Positions 45,285 through 55,752 of a DNA stretch of 64,000 nt are shown here, piece after piece. A model generated the notes under the pieces. It saw only the letters and a list, made by a program, of their open reading frames with translations. It searched no databases and was not told the DNA's origin. Origin of the DNA: Clostridiales bacterium (GTDB taxonomy: Bacteria > Bacillota > Clostridia > Oscillospirales > CAG-272); assembly GCA_012514145.1 (NCBI GenBank), contig JAAZAV010000003.1, forward strand, positions 13,516 to 77,515, read 5' to 3'. How positions within the stretch are numbered: the stretch's first letter is position 1; each line of letters begins with the position of its first letter. The translations under genes were made by a program, and so were the position numbers.

Positions 45285-46655
45285 TTATATATCGTCCGCC
45301 AGTATCCGGCGTTTTTTCCATACCCCCGACAGGAAGTAAATAAGTCCGGGTATGGCGCAGCCGTATGCCGCCGCGCCGAAGCCTAAAACGAAGCCGTAGA
45401 AGCCCCAGCCGAGAACTACACCGCAGAGCCGGCTCAGCCCTATGCGCAGTACAACGCCGTCAAGCATGGCAAGCAGCATGCTGAGCTTTGCGTTCCCGAT
45501 GCCCTGGATAAATGCGCTGGTACCCCGCATGACCGCCAGAGCCGGGAACATCCAGAGTATGGCGCGGATGAACACCCCCGACATCTCGTGAACCGCCGGG
45601 TCGTCGGAGAAGACCATAAAGAGCTGCTTCCCGAAGACAACATACAGCACCATGAAGATAACCGTCAGCGTCCCCGAGAAGACCCAGGCGCAGTGCACCA
45701 CTCTCTGCGCCCGCTCTTCCTTCCGGGCGGCGATATTCTGGCTTATCATCGGCGTGGCGGCGAGGTGGATGCCCTGGGAAACCCTGTTTGCTATGTCGTC
45801 TATGCGGATGCCCACGCCGAAGGTGGCGGATGCCACCACGCCCAGGTCGTTCACCATTGAGTTGACATATAGCATGGAGATATTTATGCAGCCCGACTGT
45901 ATCGCCATCGGTGTGCCGAGGCTTAAAATCATACCGGCATATTTGCGGTTTATGCCCAGATTCGAGAGGCTTAAATGAAAACCGAAGCCCTCCCGGTTCC
46001 GGTACAGGTAGAAAAGCGAGAAGACAAAGGAGACGGCCTGACCGATTATGGTAGCCCAGGCGGCGCCCGCCACTCCCCAGCCCCAGATGCCGGTGAAGAG
46101 AATGTCGAGCACAAGATTTATCACCGAGGCTATGCTTATGAAGATAAAGGGGCGCTTTGAATCGCCCATGCCCCGCAGCACCGCCGATACCATATTGTAG
46201 CCCGCGGTGAAGATAAGCCCCGCGCCGCATATGATAAGATAATCCAGCGCCATATCTCTTGACTCGGCGGGCATGTTCATCAGCGTCATTATAAGATCTC
46301 TCGCCGAGAGGACAATTCCCGACAGCGCCGCCGCCAGTATGACTATGAGACTGAACATGGTGCCGATTATGTCGTTCATCTCCCGCCGCTTGCCGGCGCC
46401 CAGCGCCTGAGATATCAGCACCTGACCGCCGTTCGAGAAGCCGAAGCAGACCATGGTGGCGAAGTGGAGGATCTGGCTGCTCTGTGCCACCGCCGACAGC
46501 CCTGCCGTTCCGACGTACTCGCCGACTATTATCATGTCCACCGTGCTGTAGAGTACCTGCAGGGCGTTTGACGCCATAAAGGGCAGCGCAAACAGTATAA
46601 GCTGGCGGGGTATACTGCCCTCCGTAAAGTTTTTTGACAGGGTTTTTGCGCTCAT
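45285..46655 (-). CDS. MATE family efflux transporter
   Basis: LILFALPFMASNALQVLYSTVDMIIVG N-terminus, 12 hydrophobic segments, SD GGAGGA upstream. Confidence 0.85.
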   Translation of the reverse strand: MSAKTLSKNFTEGSIPRQLILFALPFMASNALQVLYSTVDMIIVGEYVGTAGLSAVAQSSQILHFATMVCFGFSNGGQVLISQALGAGKRREMNDIIGTMFSLIVILAAALSGIVLSARDLIMTLMNMPAESRDMALDYLIICGAGLIFTAGYNMVSAVLRGMGDSKRPFIFISIASVINLVLDILFTGIWGWGVAGAAWATIIGQAVSFVFSLFYLYRNREGFGFHLSLSNLGINRKYAGMILSLGTPMAIQSGCINISMLYVNSMVNDLGVVASATFGVGIRIDDIANRVSQGIHLAATPMISQNIAARKEERAQRVVHCAWVFSGTLTVIFMVLYVVFGKQLFMVFSDDPAVHEMSGVFIRAILWMFPALAVMRGTSAFIQGIGNAKLSMLLAMLDGVVLRIGLSRLCGVVLGWGFYGFVLGFGAAAYGCAIPGLIYFLSGVWKKRRILADDI

Positions 46656-46750
46656 TTATCCTCCGATTTGTTAAGATAACATGCTCTTGCCTCACGGGTG
46701 GAGGATAAACGAGCATAACTGAAGGCGGGAAGGCAAATATCCGACCCGCC

Positions 46751-46783
46751 AAAAAGTGAGGGGTCGGTTTTATCTGACCCCTC
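46751..46783 (-). terminator. Rho-independent terminator after the SDR gene
   Basis: Minus strand: gaggggtc-agataaaacc-gacccctc followed by acttttt. Confidence 0.7.
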
Positions 46784-46788
46784 CGAAG

Positions 46789-47553
46789 TTATTTGATTTT
46801 ATCCCAGATGCTCATCAGCAGCTTGTCGGGCAGACAGAGCATCAGCGAACGCAGGCATTTGACCGCCGCGCCGCAGACCGAAACCGCCCGCCGCCTCTCG
46901 CTGTCGTCGAGTGCGGTTTTCACCACCTGTTCGGGCTTCTTCATGAGCATGAAATTCTTTATGTAGCCGTCGGGATTGGCGATACCTAAAAACTCGGTAT
47001 CCACCCAGAAGGGCGAGACGGCGGTGACCGTTATGCCGTCGTCCTTAAGCTCATGTCCCAGCGCCACGGCGTAACTCTGAACAAACGCCTTGGTGGCGGC
47101 GTAGACATTGCCGCCGGGGATCGGCATATATGCGGCTATGGAGGACATCAAGATTATCCGTCCGCCCACCGGTATGTAGGGCAGGATGACATGTGTCAGA
47201 TCGGCGGTGGCAGCCACGTTCAGGGCTATCATGTTGTCCACCTCGGCTCTGGTCATGTCAATGGTTCTGCCGAATACTCCGACGCCGGCGGCGTTTATGA
47301 ACATGCCGACTATCGGGCGCTCCTTCTCCAGCATCCCTGCCAGCGAATCGATGCTCGCCGGGTCGGTCAGGTCGAAGGGCAGCATCCGTGCGGGGGCGTC
47401 CAGCTCCATTGCAAGCTCGCGCAGCCGTTCGGCGCGGCGGGCAATGAGCCATATCTCGTCTATTCTGTATCTTGCGTCCGACTGTCGGGCGAATTCCCGT
47501 CCTATTCCCGAGGACGCGCCGGTGATTATCGCTATCTGCTTGCGTTCTGCCAT
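46789..47553 (-). CDS. Short-chain dehydrogenase/reductase (SDR)
   Basis: TGASSGIG cofactor motif and the YAATK catalytic YxxxK. Confidence 0.9.
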   Translation of the reverse strand: MAERKQIAIITGASSGIGREFARQSDARYRIDEIWLIARRAERLRELAMELDAPARMLPFDLTDPASIDSLAGMLEKERPIVGMFINAAGVGVFGRTIDMTRAEVDNMIALNVAATADLTHVILPYIPVGGRIILMSSIAAYMPIPGGNVYAATKAFVQSYAVALGHELKDDGITVTAVSPFWVDTEFLGIANPDGYIKNFMLMKKPEQVVKTALDDSERRRAVSVCGAAVKCLRSLMLCLPDKLLMSIWDKIK

Positions 47554-47587
47554 TTTGTTACCTCACATCCGCTTAAAAACAGCGGTC

Positions 47588-48388
47588 TCATTCGGCGGCG
47601 GGGTATGTGTTCATTATCAGCTCTATCATCTCTGCCATGAAGCCCTGATTGTTGGGGCTGAGAACATGTTCAGACAGCGCCTGCACCTCTTCAAGGGCGT
47701 TGGAGGGACAGCAGGCAACGTCTGCGGCTTCAAGCATGGGCAGATCGTTTTCGAAATCGCCGCATGCCCAGACCTCAAGGGGTCTGCCCAGTTTCTTTTC
47801 CATATGTTTCTTAAGTGAGCGGAGCATACTGCCCTTTGTCGCTCCCGCTTCAAGTATCTCCAGCACCTCTGGATAGGACTTTGAGAAGGCGTAGCGGCTG
47901 CCCGAGCGTTCGATCATGAAGTCCCGCGCTTCGTCAAGCCGGTCGGGGTCGCCCATGAAGATTATCTTGTACCAGGGCTCATCTGTCGGCAGTTCCGAAT
48001 CGGGGATATCCCTGCCCTTTTCCCGCAGATAAAAGAGTCCCTTCTCGCAGGTAAGCCGCGAGTCGATATCCGGAAACGCGGCGAGCATCTCACGGCTGAG
48101 TTTAAGGGCGGGCAGCGGCTCCAGCGGGCAGGTATCGATAAATTCCTTGGTGTAGAAATCGCGGCAGTAGGCGCCGTTGCAGAAAATGCCCGGGGCGTTC
48201 ATCAGCTCCCTGTAACAGGGCACGCCTTCGGCGAAGGAGGGTTCGTAGCGCCCTGTGGCGAAGGTGAAATGTCCTCCCGCCGCGATGAAGCGCTTCACCG
48301 CCTCGGCGTTCTCCTCGGGCAGAACCGATTCGTCGCCCAAAAAGGTGTTGTCTATGTCGGTTACTATAAGTATGTTCGAAATATTCAT
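47588..48388 (-). CDS. Cof-type HAD-IIB family phosphatase
   Basis: TDIDNTFL (DxD) motif I and GDFENDLPML motif IV. Confidence 0.85.
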   Translation of the reverse strand: MNISNILIVTDIDNTFLGDESVLPEENAEAVKRFIAAGGHFTFATGRYEPSFAEGVPCYRELMNAPGIFCNGAYCRDFYTKEFIDTCPLEPLPALKLSREMLAAFPDIDSRLTCEKGLFYLREKGRDIPDSELPTDEPWYKIIFMGDPDRLDEARDFMIERSGSRYAFSKSYPEVLEILEAGATKGSMLRSLKKHMEKKLGRPLEVWACGDFENDLPMLEAADVACCPSNALEEVQALSEHVLSPNNQGFMAEMIELIMNTYPAAE

Positions 48389-48406
48389 TCTGTCGTTGGT
48401 TATTGG

Positions 48407-49357
48407 CTATATGTTTTTTTCGAGTATGTCCAGCACCGCCGCAAATTCGGCGGGCAGGGGCGAATCAAAGCGCATGTATTCCCCGGTGATCGGATGCTCA
48501 AAGGCAAGCGTTCGGGCGTGGAGGCACTGACCGGCCCTCACCGCCGGGTATTTTGTTTCAAGCGGACAGGGCGAGCCGGAATACAACTCGTCGCCCACCA
48601 GGCGATGACCGAGAGACGCCAAATGCACCCGTATCTGATGGGTCCTGCCGGTTTCAAGCGAGCAGCCTATGTGGCTGTAGCTGCCGAGCGACTTTGTGGC
48701 ATAGCTTCGAATCACCCTGTAATGTGTGACGGCGTGTCTGCCGCCGGGCACAACTGCCATGCGCTTTCGGTCCACCGGATGGCGGCCTACGGGGGCGTCC
48801 ACGCTCCCCGATTCCTCCCGGAAACTGCCCACCGCCACCGCCTCGTAATGCCGTTCCATATGTCTGTCGGCGAGCCGGGCGGCAAGCGAAAGGTGTGCCG
48901 CGTCGGTCTTGGCAACAACAAGCAGACCGCTTGTATCCCGGTCTATCCGGTGCACAATGCCGGGACGGATGACGCCGTTTATCCCCGACAGCGAATCGCC
49001 GCAGTGATAAAGCAGGGCGTTCACCAGTGTGCCGTCGGGGTTGCCGGGGGCGGGGTGCACCACCATGCCCTTCGGCTTGTTCACCACTATGAGCGAACTG
49101 TCCTCGTATATTATATCAAGCGGTATATCCTGGGGCAGGACTTCGGTAAGTTTCGGCTCGGGCAGGCTCACCCTTATGACCTCTCCCGGCTTTACCGGGC
49201 GGCGCTTTGACACCTCCTCGCCCTCTGCCGTCACGCTGCCGCTCTCGATGAGCTTCTGCGCGGCGGAACGGGTCAGATCGGTATTGGCGGCGACGAAAAC
49301 GTCAAGCCGCATGCCCTCGTCCTCCGGGGAGGGGATGAGCAGTATGTCGTCGGTCAT
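48407..49357 (-). CDS. rluD: RluA-family 23S rRNA pseudouridine synthase (RluD-like)
   Basis: N-terminal S4-like domain and the HRIDRDTSGLLVVAK catalytic motif. Confidence 0.9.
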   Translation of the reverse strand: MTDDILLIPSPEDEGMRLDVFVAANTDLTRSAAQKLIESGSVTAEGEEVSKRRPVKPGEVIRVSLPEPKLTEVLPQDIPLDIIYEDSSLIVVNKPKGMVVHPAPGNPDGTLVNALLYHCGDSLSGINGVIRPGIVHRIDRDTSGLLVVAKTDAAHLSLAARLADRHMERHYEAVAVGSFREESGSVDAPVGRHPVDRKRMAVVPGGRHAVTHYRVIRSYATKSLGSYSHIGCSLETGRTHQIRVHLASLGHRLVGDELYSGSPCPLETKYPAVRAGQCLHARTLAFEHPITGEYMRFDSPLPAEFAAVLDILEKNI

Positions 49358-50043
49358 TTTGACGGTCCGGTATCGGATCCAGTATCGGGAGTGTCAGAAG
49401 TTTGAGCGCCGCTGTCGGGGGTGTCGGTATCGGGAGTGACACTTTCATGGGTATCGACAGTTTTGTTCCCGGGTTCGTGGGCGGCATGGGCGTGGGCGTT
49501 TTCATCCCCCGATGCTTTTGCGGCTTTCCCGACCCTGCCTTTGGCTGCCGTTTCGGCTTTCACCGTTTCGTTTTTTCCCGATTTCCCGGTTTTCAGCTCG
49601 CCGAAGAGCACCCAGAGGAAGAGCAGTCCGGCTCCTATGCAGACAAAGGAATCTGCGGCGTTGAACACCGCGAAATTGATAAGCGTGAAGTCGATGAAGT
49701 CGACCACATAGCCCGCGGCTATCCGGTCGATCATGTTGCCTATGCCTCCGCCTATCACCATGCCCATGGCGACCGACAGCAGGGGCGAGGGCTTGTCCCT
49801 GCGGCAGATGTATACCATATATGCCGCCATAGCCACTATGGCGACGCCCGACACAATCATGAAGAGCCACCGGTGTCCCTTGAGCATTCCGAAGGCGGCA
49901 CCGGTGTTCTCCACATATGTCAGATGAAGTACGTCCTGCCAGAGGGGCACACTGCCCAGCGGCTTGAGATATGTCACAGTCAGGTACTTGGTCAGCTGGT
50001 CGATGCCGATGACCGCAAGTGCCGTGATAATCCAGAGAAACAT
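49354..50043 (-). CDS. lspA: Lipoprotein signal peptidase II with a ~79-aa low-complexity C-terminal tail
   Basis: NTGAAFG, IGNMIDR and FNAADS motifs. The tail (residues 151-229) is K/T/D/A-rich. The stop overlaps the rluD start. Confidence 0.9.
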   Translation of the reverse strand: MFLWIITALAVIGIDQLTKYLTVTYLKPLGSVPLWQDVLHLTYVENTGAAFGMLKGHRWLFMIVSGVAIVAMAAYMVYICRRDKPSPLLSVAMGMVIGGGIGNMIDRIAAGYVVDFIDFTLINFAVFNAADSFVCIGAGLLFLWVLFGELKTGKSGKNETVKAETAAKGRVGKAAKASGDENAHAHAAHEPGNKTVDTHESVTPDTDTPDSGAQTSDTPDTGSDTGPSK

Positions 50044-50090
50044 CCGATTATGTTAATAATGTTATATTATTGCTTTTCGATTGCGTCTGC

Positions 50091-52886
50091 TCACTGCAAT
50101 GCCCTGACCGCGGCGGCGCAGCGCGGGCAGAGGAATCCGCCGTCCTCGGTCTCTTCGCCCGGCACCGAGTGCACCCAGCAGCGGTCGCACTTGCGGCCGG
50201 CGGCTACCGATACCTCGGCGGTGAAGACGTCGTTTTCGCCTGACACCAGCTCCACACCCGACACGATGTAGACCATAGCTAGGGTCTCTACGCCGAAGCT
50301 CTCAAGGAGTGCCAGCCTGTCGCCCGAAGCGGTTATCTTCAGCTCCGCCTCAAGGGATTTGCCGATGAGACCGGCGGCGCGGGCATCCTCAAGCGACTTC
50401 ATCACGTCGTCGCGCAGTTCGAAGAGGGCGTCCCATTTTGCGTCTATCTCGGGGAAATTGTATTCGGGATTCGCCGAGGGCATGTCGTTTAACAGCGGGG
50501 AACGGGTATCGTCGCCCGCGGGGTGGGGCATTGCCGCCCATATTTCCTCGCCCGTGAAGGCAAGCAGGGGGGCTATCATGCGGGTCAGACCGTCGAGGAT
50601 TATATACATGGCGGTCTGGGCGCGGCGGCGGGCTTTGGAGCCGGCGTTTTCGCAGTAAACCCTGTCTTTTGTGATGTCTATGTAGAGTTTTGACAGGTCT
50701 ATGGTGCAGAAGTTGTTTATATCGTGATATATAAAGTGGAATTCGTAGTCGTCGTAAGCCCGGCGGACGCCGGCGACCAGCTTATTGTAGCGGCTGAGCA
50801 CCCACTTGTCGATATCTTCCAGCTCGTTGACGGCTGTCATGTCTTTGCCGGGGTCGAAGTCGCCCAGGTTGGCAAGCAGTATGCGCACCGTGTTGCGTAT
50901 CTTGCGGTAGATCTCGGAGAGCTGTTTCAGTATATCCTTTGATATCTTGACATCGTTGGTGTAGTCCACCGAGGACACCCAGAGACGCAGTATGTCGGCG
51001 CCGTAATCCTTTATAACCTCGTCGGGGGAGATTGCGTTGCCCTCGGACTTGTGCATCGCCTTGCCGTTGGCGTCAACCGTCCAGCCGTGGGTAATTATCT
51101 GACGGTAGGGTGCGATGCCCTTGGAGGCTATCGAAGTAAGCATCGACGACTGGAACCAGCCGCGATACTGGTCTCCGCCCTCCAGGTATATGTCTGCCGG
51201 GGTTGAGTGGCCTTCGCGCTGATCGAGGACTGCGGCGTGGGTGGAGCCCGAGTCGAACCAGACGTCCATTATGTCGGTTTCCTTATCGAACTTCGCGGCT
51301 TCACAGCCGCACTCGCACCTGAAGCCGGCGGGCAGTATCCTGTCGGGGGTATATGTGTACCAGGAGTTGGAGCCTTCCCTTCCGAACAGTTCCGAGACCG
51401 CCTTTATGCTCTCGGCGGTGATTATCGCCTTGCCGCAGTCGGGGCAGTAGAATATGGGCAGCGGGACGCCCCACCTGCGCTGTCGGGAGATGCACCAGTC
51501 GTCTCTCTCGCGGATCATGGCTATCATCCGTTCCTTGCCCCAGGCGGGATGCCACCTGATATTGTCGCAGGCGGCGACGGCGGCGTCGGTCATAGCCGAT
51601 ACCGAGGCGAACCACTGTCTGGTGGCGCGGAAGATTATGGGGTTCTTGCAGCGCCAGCAGTGGGGATACTGGTGAACCATGCTCTCGGCCGCCAGCAGCG
51701 CACCGCTCTCCCTGAGGTCGGCAAGAATCGCGCCGTTTGCCTTGTCGAAGCGCAGCCCCTGATATTTGCCCGCCTCCTCGGTGAGAACGCCCCTTCCGTC
51801 CACCGGAACCACAACGCCTATCTTGGTGAGTCCGGCGTCGTCGTAATGCTTGCAGATGTTGAAGTCGTCTGCGCCGTGTCCGGGAGCGGTGTGAACGCAG
51901 CCGGTGCCCGCGTCAAGGGTGACATGCTCGCCGTTGAGAACCACCGACTTGCGGTCGATGAAGGGATGATATGCGGTCATCAGCTCGAAATCCGAGCCCA
52001 TGAGCCTGGCTGTGATCTCGTATTCATCGATGCCGGCGACCTTCGCGGTCTGCTCCGCCAGTTCGGCGGCGACTATATAGGTCTCGCCCGAGGGAACCTT
52101 CATCAGCACATACTCATAATCGGCGTTGAGGCATATCGCCAGGTTCGCCGGGAGCGTCCAGGTGGTGGTGGTCCAGATTACGAAATAGGTCCTGTCGATA
52201 TCGCAGAGGGAGGAGAGCTTCCCCTTGTCGTCGGCAACCTTGAATTTCACATATATCGAGTCGCAGCCGTCGTCCTTGTACTCGATCTCGGCTTCGGCTA
52301 AAGCTGTCTCGTCGTCGGGACACCAGTAAACCGTCTTGAAGCCGCGGTAGATGTAGCCCTTCAGCGCCATTGCGCCGAAGACCTCTATCTGCTTCGCCTC
52401 GAAATCGGGCGTCAGGGTGATGTAGGGATTGTCCCAGTCGCCGATAACGCCGAGACGCTTGAAACCCTCCCGCTGACGATCCACAAATGAAAGGGCATAG
52501 TCGCGGCAGAGATCGCGGTACTCGGTTACGGGCATTTTGTTGCGGTCAACCTTTTTATTCTTGAGCACCGCCTTCTCGGTGGGCAGACCGTGGCAGTCCC
52601 AGCCGGGTATGTAGGGGGAGTCAAAGCCGCTCATGTTCTTATAGCGGACAATGATGTCCTTGAGAATCTTGTTCAGCGCATGTCCGATATGTATATCGCC
52701 GTTTGCGTAGGGCGGGCCGTCGTGCAGAACGAAAATCGGCTTGCCCGCGTTGCGCTCACGAACCAGCTTGTAAAGATCCTGCTCGTACCAGCTTTTGAGC
52801 CACTCCGGCTCCCGCTGGGGCAAGCCGGCTCTCATGGGGAATGAGGTCTGCGGAAGGTTCAGCGTTTTTGTATAATCGGTTGACAT
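50091..52886 (-). CDS. ileS: Isoleucine--tRNA ligase
   Basis: 931 aa, HIGH motif ([11 protein letters not shown]), KMSKS-like KMHKSEGN, C-terminal Zn-finger cysteines. Confidence 0.97.
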   Translation of the reverse strand: MSTDYTKTLNLPQTSFPMRAGLPQREPEWLKSWYEQDLYKLVRERNAGKPIFVLHDGPPYANGDIHIGHALNKILKDIIVRYKNMSGFDSPYIPGWDCHGLPTEKAVLKNKKVDRNKMPVTEYRDLCRDYALSFVDRQREGFKRLGVIGDWDNPYITLTPDFEAKQIEVFGAMALKGYIYRGFKTVYWCPDDETALAEAEIEYKDDGCDSIYVKFKVADDKGKLSSLCDIDRTYFVIWTTTTWTLPANLAICLNADYEYVLMKVPSGETYIVAAELAEQTAKVAGIDEYEITARLMGSDFELMTAYHPFIDRKSVVLNGEHVTLDAGTGCVHTAPGHGADDFNICKHYDDAGLTKIGVVVPVDGRGVLTEEAGKYQGLRFDKANGAILADLRESGALLAAESMVHQYPHCWRCKNPIIFRATRQWFASVSAMTDAAVAACDNIRWHPAWGKERMIAMIRERDDWCISRQRRWGVPLPIFYCPDCGKAIITAESIKAVSELFGREGSNSWYTYTPDRILPAGFRCECGCEAAKFDKETDIMDVWFDSGSTHAAVLDQREGHSTPADIYLEGGDQYRGWFQSSMLTSIASKGIAPYRQIITHGWTVDANGKAMHKSEGNAISPDEVIKDYGADILRLWVSSVDYTNDVKISKDILKQLSEIYRKIRNTVRILLANLGDFDPGKDMTAVNELEDIDKWVLSRYNKLVAGVRRAYDDYEFHFIYHDINNFCTIDLSKLYIDITKDRVYCENAGSKARRRAQTAMYIILDGLTRMIAPLLAFTGEEIWAAMPHPAGDDTRSPLLNDMPSANPEYNFPEIDAKWDALFELRDDVMKSLEDARAAGLIGKSLEAELKITASGDRLALLESFGVETLAMVYIVSGVELVSGENDVFTAEVSVAAGRKCDRCWVHSVPGEETEDGGFLCPRCAAAVRALQ

Positions 52887-53065
52887 ATTACTCTCCTGTA
52901 ATGCTCACGCGGAGTTTCTGATTTACGGGTTTGCCGGTTCAGGGCTCTGCCCGTAATTTATGCTGATAAAGTATTTATCCGAACGTCTGACGTCCGGACA
53001 AATACGCTTGATTCTGATAAAAGTCTCTGCCTGCTCGGCAGCGGCAGCGGGTGCCGTCCTGCTGT

Positions 53066-54688
53066 TTATTTCTTTTTCTTCTTGTTTGCGGCGTTCAGGA
53101 AGGCGTTGAAGTCGTCGTCGAAGCTGTCGTTCGCAGGCGCCGGCTTCGCGGAAGCCTGCTTCGTCCCGGGTCTGAAAGGAAATGCGGGCTTATTGGCGGC
53201 AGGCGGAGTGTTTGCGGCGGATGTCTGCGCAGGCCTGTTTGCGCCGGCGTTAACGCCGGTGTTGGCGGCGGGCTTAGCCGACGACTTGCCGAAGGAACGC
53301 ATCATCGCTTCGAATTCTTTTTCGTCGTCGCTCGAAATGGCGTCAAGCTGAGCCTTGACCGAACCGTCTGTTTTCTTCTTTGTGCCGCCCAGCGTTTTAT
53401 CCATATTAGCCAGCATCGACTCGATGTCGCCCTTCTGTGCCGGCTTCACTCCCTGTCTCAGCACATCGGCGAGATGGGAGCGCTCCTGCTCCAGATCGTC
53501 ATCGTGAACCTCGGCGGAAACGGGCATACCGCCTTCGTCTTCGGCAGCATCGGCGTCGGCTTCCTCATCGGCATACTGTTCGCCGTCGGTGCCGTCCGCA
53601 TCGTCCGTGTACTGCTCATCGGCATACTGCTCGTCTGCATACTGCTCGTCGGCGGCGTATTGCTCGTCATAGGCTTCGTCTGTATACTGCCCGTCCTCTG
53701 TATAGGGACCGTCGTCCTCATAGGCGTCATCGCCTTCATAGACTTCGCCGTCTTCGTTGGCATCGCCGTCTTCATATTCCTCGCCGTCTTCGTATGCCTC
53801 GCTGTCCTCATATTCCTCGCCGTCTTCGTATGCCTCACTGTCCTCGTATTCCTCGCCGTCTTCGCAGGCTTCATCTTCTTCATCGGCGGGGATGTCGGCG
53901 GGATTCACGGCGGTGAACATTCTGGTAGGCGCCTCGTCGGGATTTATCGGCTCCTCATCGGGGTTTACCGCCGGCTGCCACTGCGGCTGAGGGGGCTGGG
54001 TGGGTTGTGGTTGGGGTTGGGGCTGTGGTTGGGGTTCGGGAGCGGCGTACCGGTGCTGCTGTTCCCGCTCCTGTTCCTGTCCCTGCTCCTGCTCCTGTCC
54101 CTGAGAATACATCTGTTCCCCGGCGGCGGCAATATCGCGGTTTGCGGCATACTGATTCACAAATGCCGAGATATCGTCCTTCACGGCGGCGATCACCACC
54201 CGGGTGTAGTCCTCGTCGGTGAGCTCGAGACCGCTGAGTATATCGTCGGGCGACAGCTGCTCAAGGAATTCGATATGCGCGCTGTACTGCTCGTAGATCC
54301 GGGACTTGAACTCATTCACCACGCCCCGCAGGGCTGCCAGCCTGTCCCGCTCCACGTCAAGCTGCTGGCGGAAATCGGCTATGACCTTGTCGCAGTTGGT
54401 TTTGGATGAGCGCACCAAAAGATCGGCGCGGGCGTTCGCCTCGTCGATGATCCGGGCGCCGGTGCGCTGCGCGCTGACAACGGCGTTGCGGATGGTAGCC
54501 TCATCCCTGTGATATTTATCAAGCTCGGTGAGCGCAGCGGACAGCTGTTTCTCCAGCTCGTCGTTCCGGCGGTAGAGCTCGGTATATTTCTCAATTACGA
54601 AGTCGAGATGCTCGTCGACTTCAACAGAGGCATAGCCTCTGACCACCTTGGTAAAATCCTTCTTTTTCAGTTCATGCGGCGGTATCAA
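53066..54688 (-). CDS. divIVA: DivIVA domain protein with a very long acidic low-complexity/repeat region
   Basis: N-terminal PHELKKKDFTKVVRGYASVEVDEHLDFV DivIVA domain and coiled coil, followed by (PQ)n, EDGEEYEDSEAY repeats and DEQYA repeats. Confidence 0.85.
   Translation of the reverse strand: MIPPHELKKKDFTKVVRGYASVEVDEHLDFVIEKYTELYRRNDELEKQLSAALTELDKYHRDEATIRNAVVSAQRTGARIIDEANARADLLVRSSKTNCDKVIADFRQQLDVERDRLAALRGVVNEFKSRIYEQYSAHIEFLEQLSPDDILSGLELTDEDYTRVVIAAVKDDISAFVNQYAANRDIAAAGEQMYSQGQEQEQGQEQEREQQHRYAAPEPQPQPQPQPQPTQPPQPQWQPAVNPDEEPINPDEAPTRMFTAVNPADIPADEEDEACEDGEEYEDSEAYEDGEEYEDSEAYEDGEEYEDGDANEDGEVYEGDDAYEDDGPYTEDGQYTDEAYDEQYAADEQYADEQYADEQYTDDADGTDGEQYADEEADADAAEDEGGMPVSAEVHDDDLEQERSHLADVLRQGVKPAQKGDIESMLANMDKTLGGTKKKTDGSVKAQLDAISSDDEKEFEAMMRSFGKSSAKPAANTGVNAGANRPAQTSAANTPPAANKPAFPFRPGTKQASAKPAPANDSFDDDFNAFLNAANKKKKK
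53777..53866. repeat. 36-bp tandem repeat, about 2.5 copies, inside divIVA
   Basis: Units start at 53777, 53813 and 53849 (tattcctcgccgtcttcgtatgcctc[g/a]ctgtcctc[a/g]). They encode the EDGEEYEDSEAY repeats on the minus strand. Confidence 0.9.
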
Positions 54689-54806
54689 TTCGTCACCTCA
54701 AAATCTCTCTCCCGGCTCCGGTTCTGTTGTTTATGCGTCTGTCTGCCGGATAACATTGGTTTTATTGGCTTTCAAAATATAAATCAAACATATATGCCGG
54801 CTGAAA

Positions 54807-55562
54807 TCATATATACCTGCCGGCGGCAAGTTTTATCCGGTCCCGGCGCGTGCGGTCGCCGGTCCCGATAATAACAAAGCGCCCGACCCCGCGGACGGAT
54901 ATAATATCCCCTTCGGAAATCGGAGCGTCACTGTTTTGATTCACCGAATAATTGAGCCGGATATTACCCGCGGCGATATCAGCCTTTGCTTTTTCTCTTG
55001 AGGTATGGGCAAGGAGCGCCACGACACAGTCAAGCCGTGCCGATGCTATGACGCCGTTTATCCTCTCAATCTTTCTGCCCGCGTCGAAATTCTCCGGCGG
55101 GCTGTATTCGCTGACAGTGACGGCATCGCGGCCCACGCGCAGCAGCGGGTTCTCATAACCGGTGAGCAGTCCGGCCGCGGCCGAGGTCATGAAGACGACA
55201 GCACCGCCCTCCACCGGCACAATATCGCCGATGCAGGAGCGCTCGATCCCGCAGCCCAGCAGCGAACCGAGATAATCCCGGTGGCTGAGGGTCACATAGC
55301 CGCTGACCCCGATTTTCACTGCCGAAAGCCGTTCGGAGTACTGCGGCTCGGGCTGGTAAATCGCCCAGTCGGGGAGCACGAAGAGCATCGCCCGCTCGGC
55401 GTCCTGATAGCCGCCCCAGAAGAGACAGCCCTCGCCGCCAACCGAGGCGATATGCGTCTTTGCCTCATACTGCTCCGCAGGGTCGAGAAAGGCGGTGGCA
55501 GAGGGTACGCCGTTGCCTGCCGCCCTGAGCATATCGTCTATTCTTTCGGTAAAAAACTTCAT
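54807..55562 (-). CDS. ylmH: YlmH-like RNA-binding S4 domain protein (cell-division associated)
   Basis: Position between yggT and divIVA; C-terminal S4-like region (RLD..VA....SR..A...I..G.I.LN). Confidence 0.75.
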   Translation of the reverse strand: MKFFTERIDDMLRAAGNGVPSATAFLDPAEQYEAKTHIASVGGEGCLFWGGYQDAERAMLFVLPDWAIYQPEPQYSERLSAVKIGVSGYVTLSHRDYLGSLLGCGIERSCIGDIVPVEGGAVVFMTSAAAGLLTGYENPLLRVGRDAVTVSEYSPPENFDAGRKIERINGVIASARLDCVVALLAHTSREKAKADIAAGNIRLNYSVNQNSDAPISEGDIISVRGVGRFVIIGTGDRTRRDRIKLAAGRYI

Positions 55563-55752
55563 ATTCGTCTGGTTTTCGGATCCCGGGCGGACATTTCCCC
55601 TTCGGCGTCTTATATCACCTGAACCGCATGTGATTTACATAATACGGCATCGGTACGCCTTCCGCGGCTCCCGCCCTCACGGCGGGCGCAGACCGGCGCG
55701 CACATCCTCATCGCGATGCGGCGGCACGCCGCGGCGGAAACCACATCGGAAA

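Noticed and set aside
52887-53065. Expected a T-box riboswitch upstream of ileS, as in many Firmicutes.
   Set aside because: The 179-nt leader has hairpins (for example tccggacgt/acgttcgga and ttacggg/cccgtaa), but I cannot find the conserved T-box sequence (AAnnnGGGTGGTACCGCG-like) or a specifier/terminator arrangement. The leader is also shorter than typical T-boxes. An Infernal scan would settle it.
53460-54110. Tandem DNA repeats that might be a CRISPR array or minisatellite element.
   Set aside because: The repeats are in frame inside divIVA, directly adjacent without unique spacers, and encode acidic peptide repeats. No cas genes are present.
55563-55752. A 190-bp GC-rich spacer between yggT and ylmH with a cccgcc/ggcggg hairpin; considered as an ncRNA or attenuator.
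   Set aside because: There is no U-tract, no recognisable motif and no promoter-like hexamers. The evidence is insufficient to call anything.
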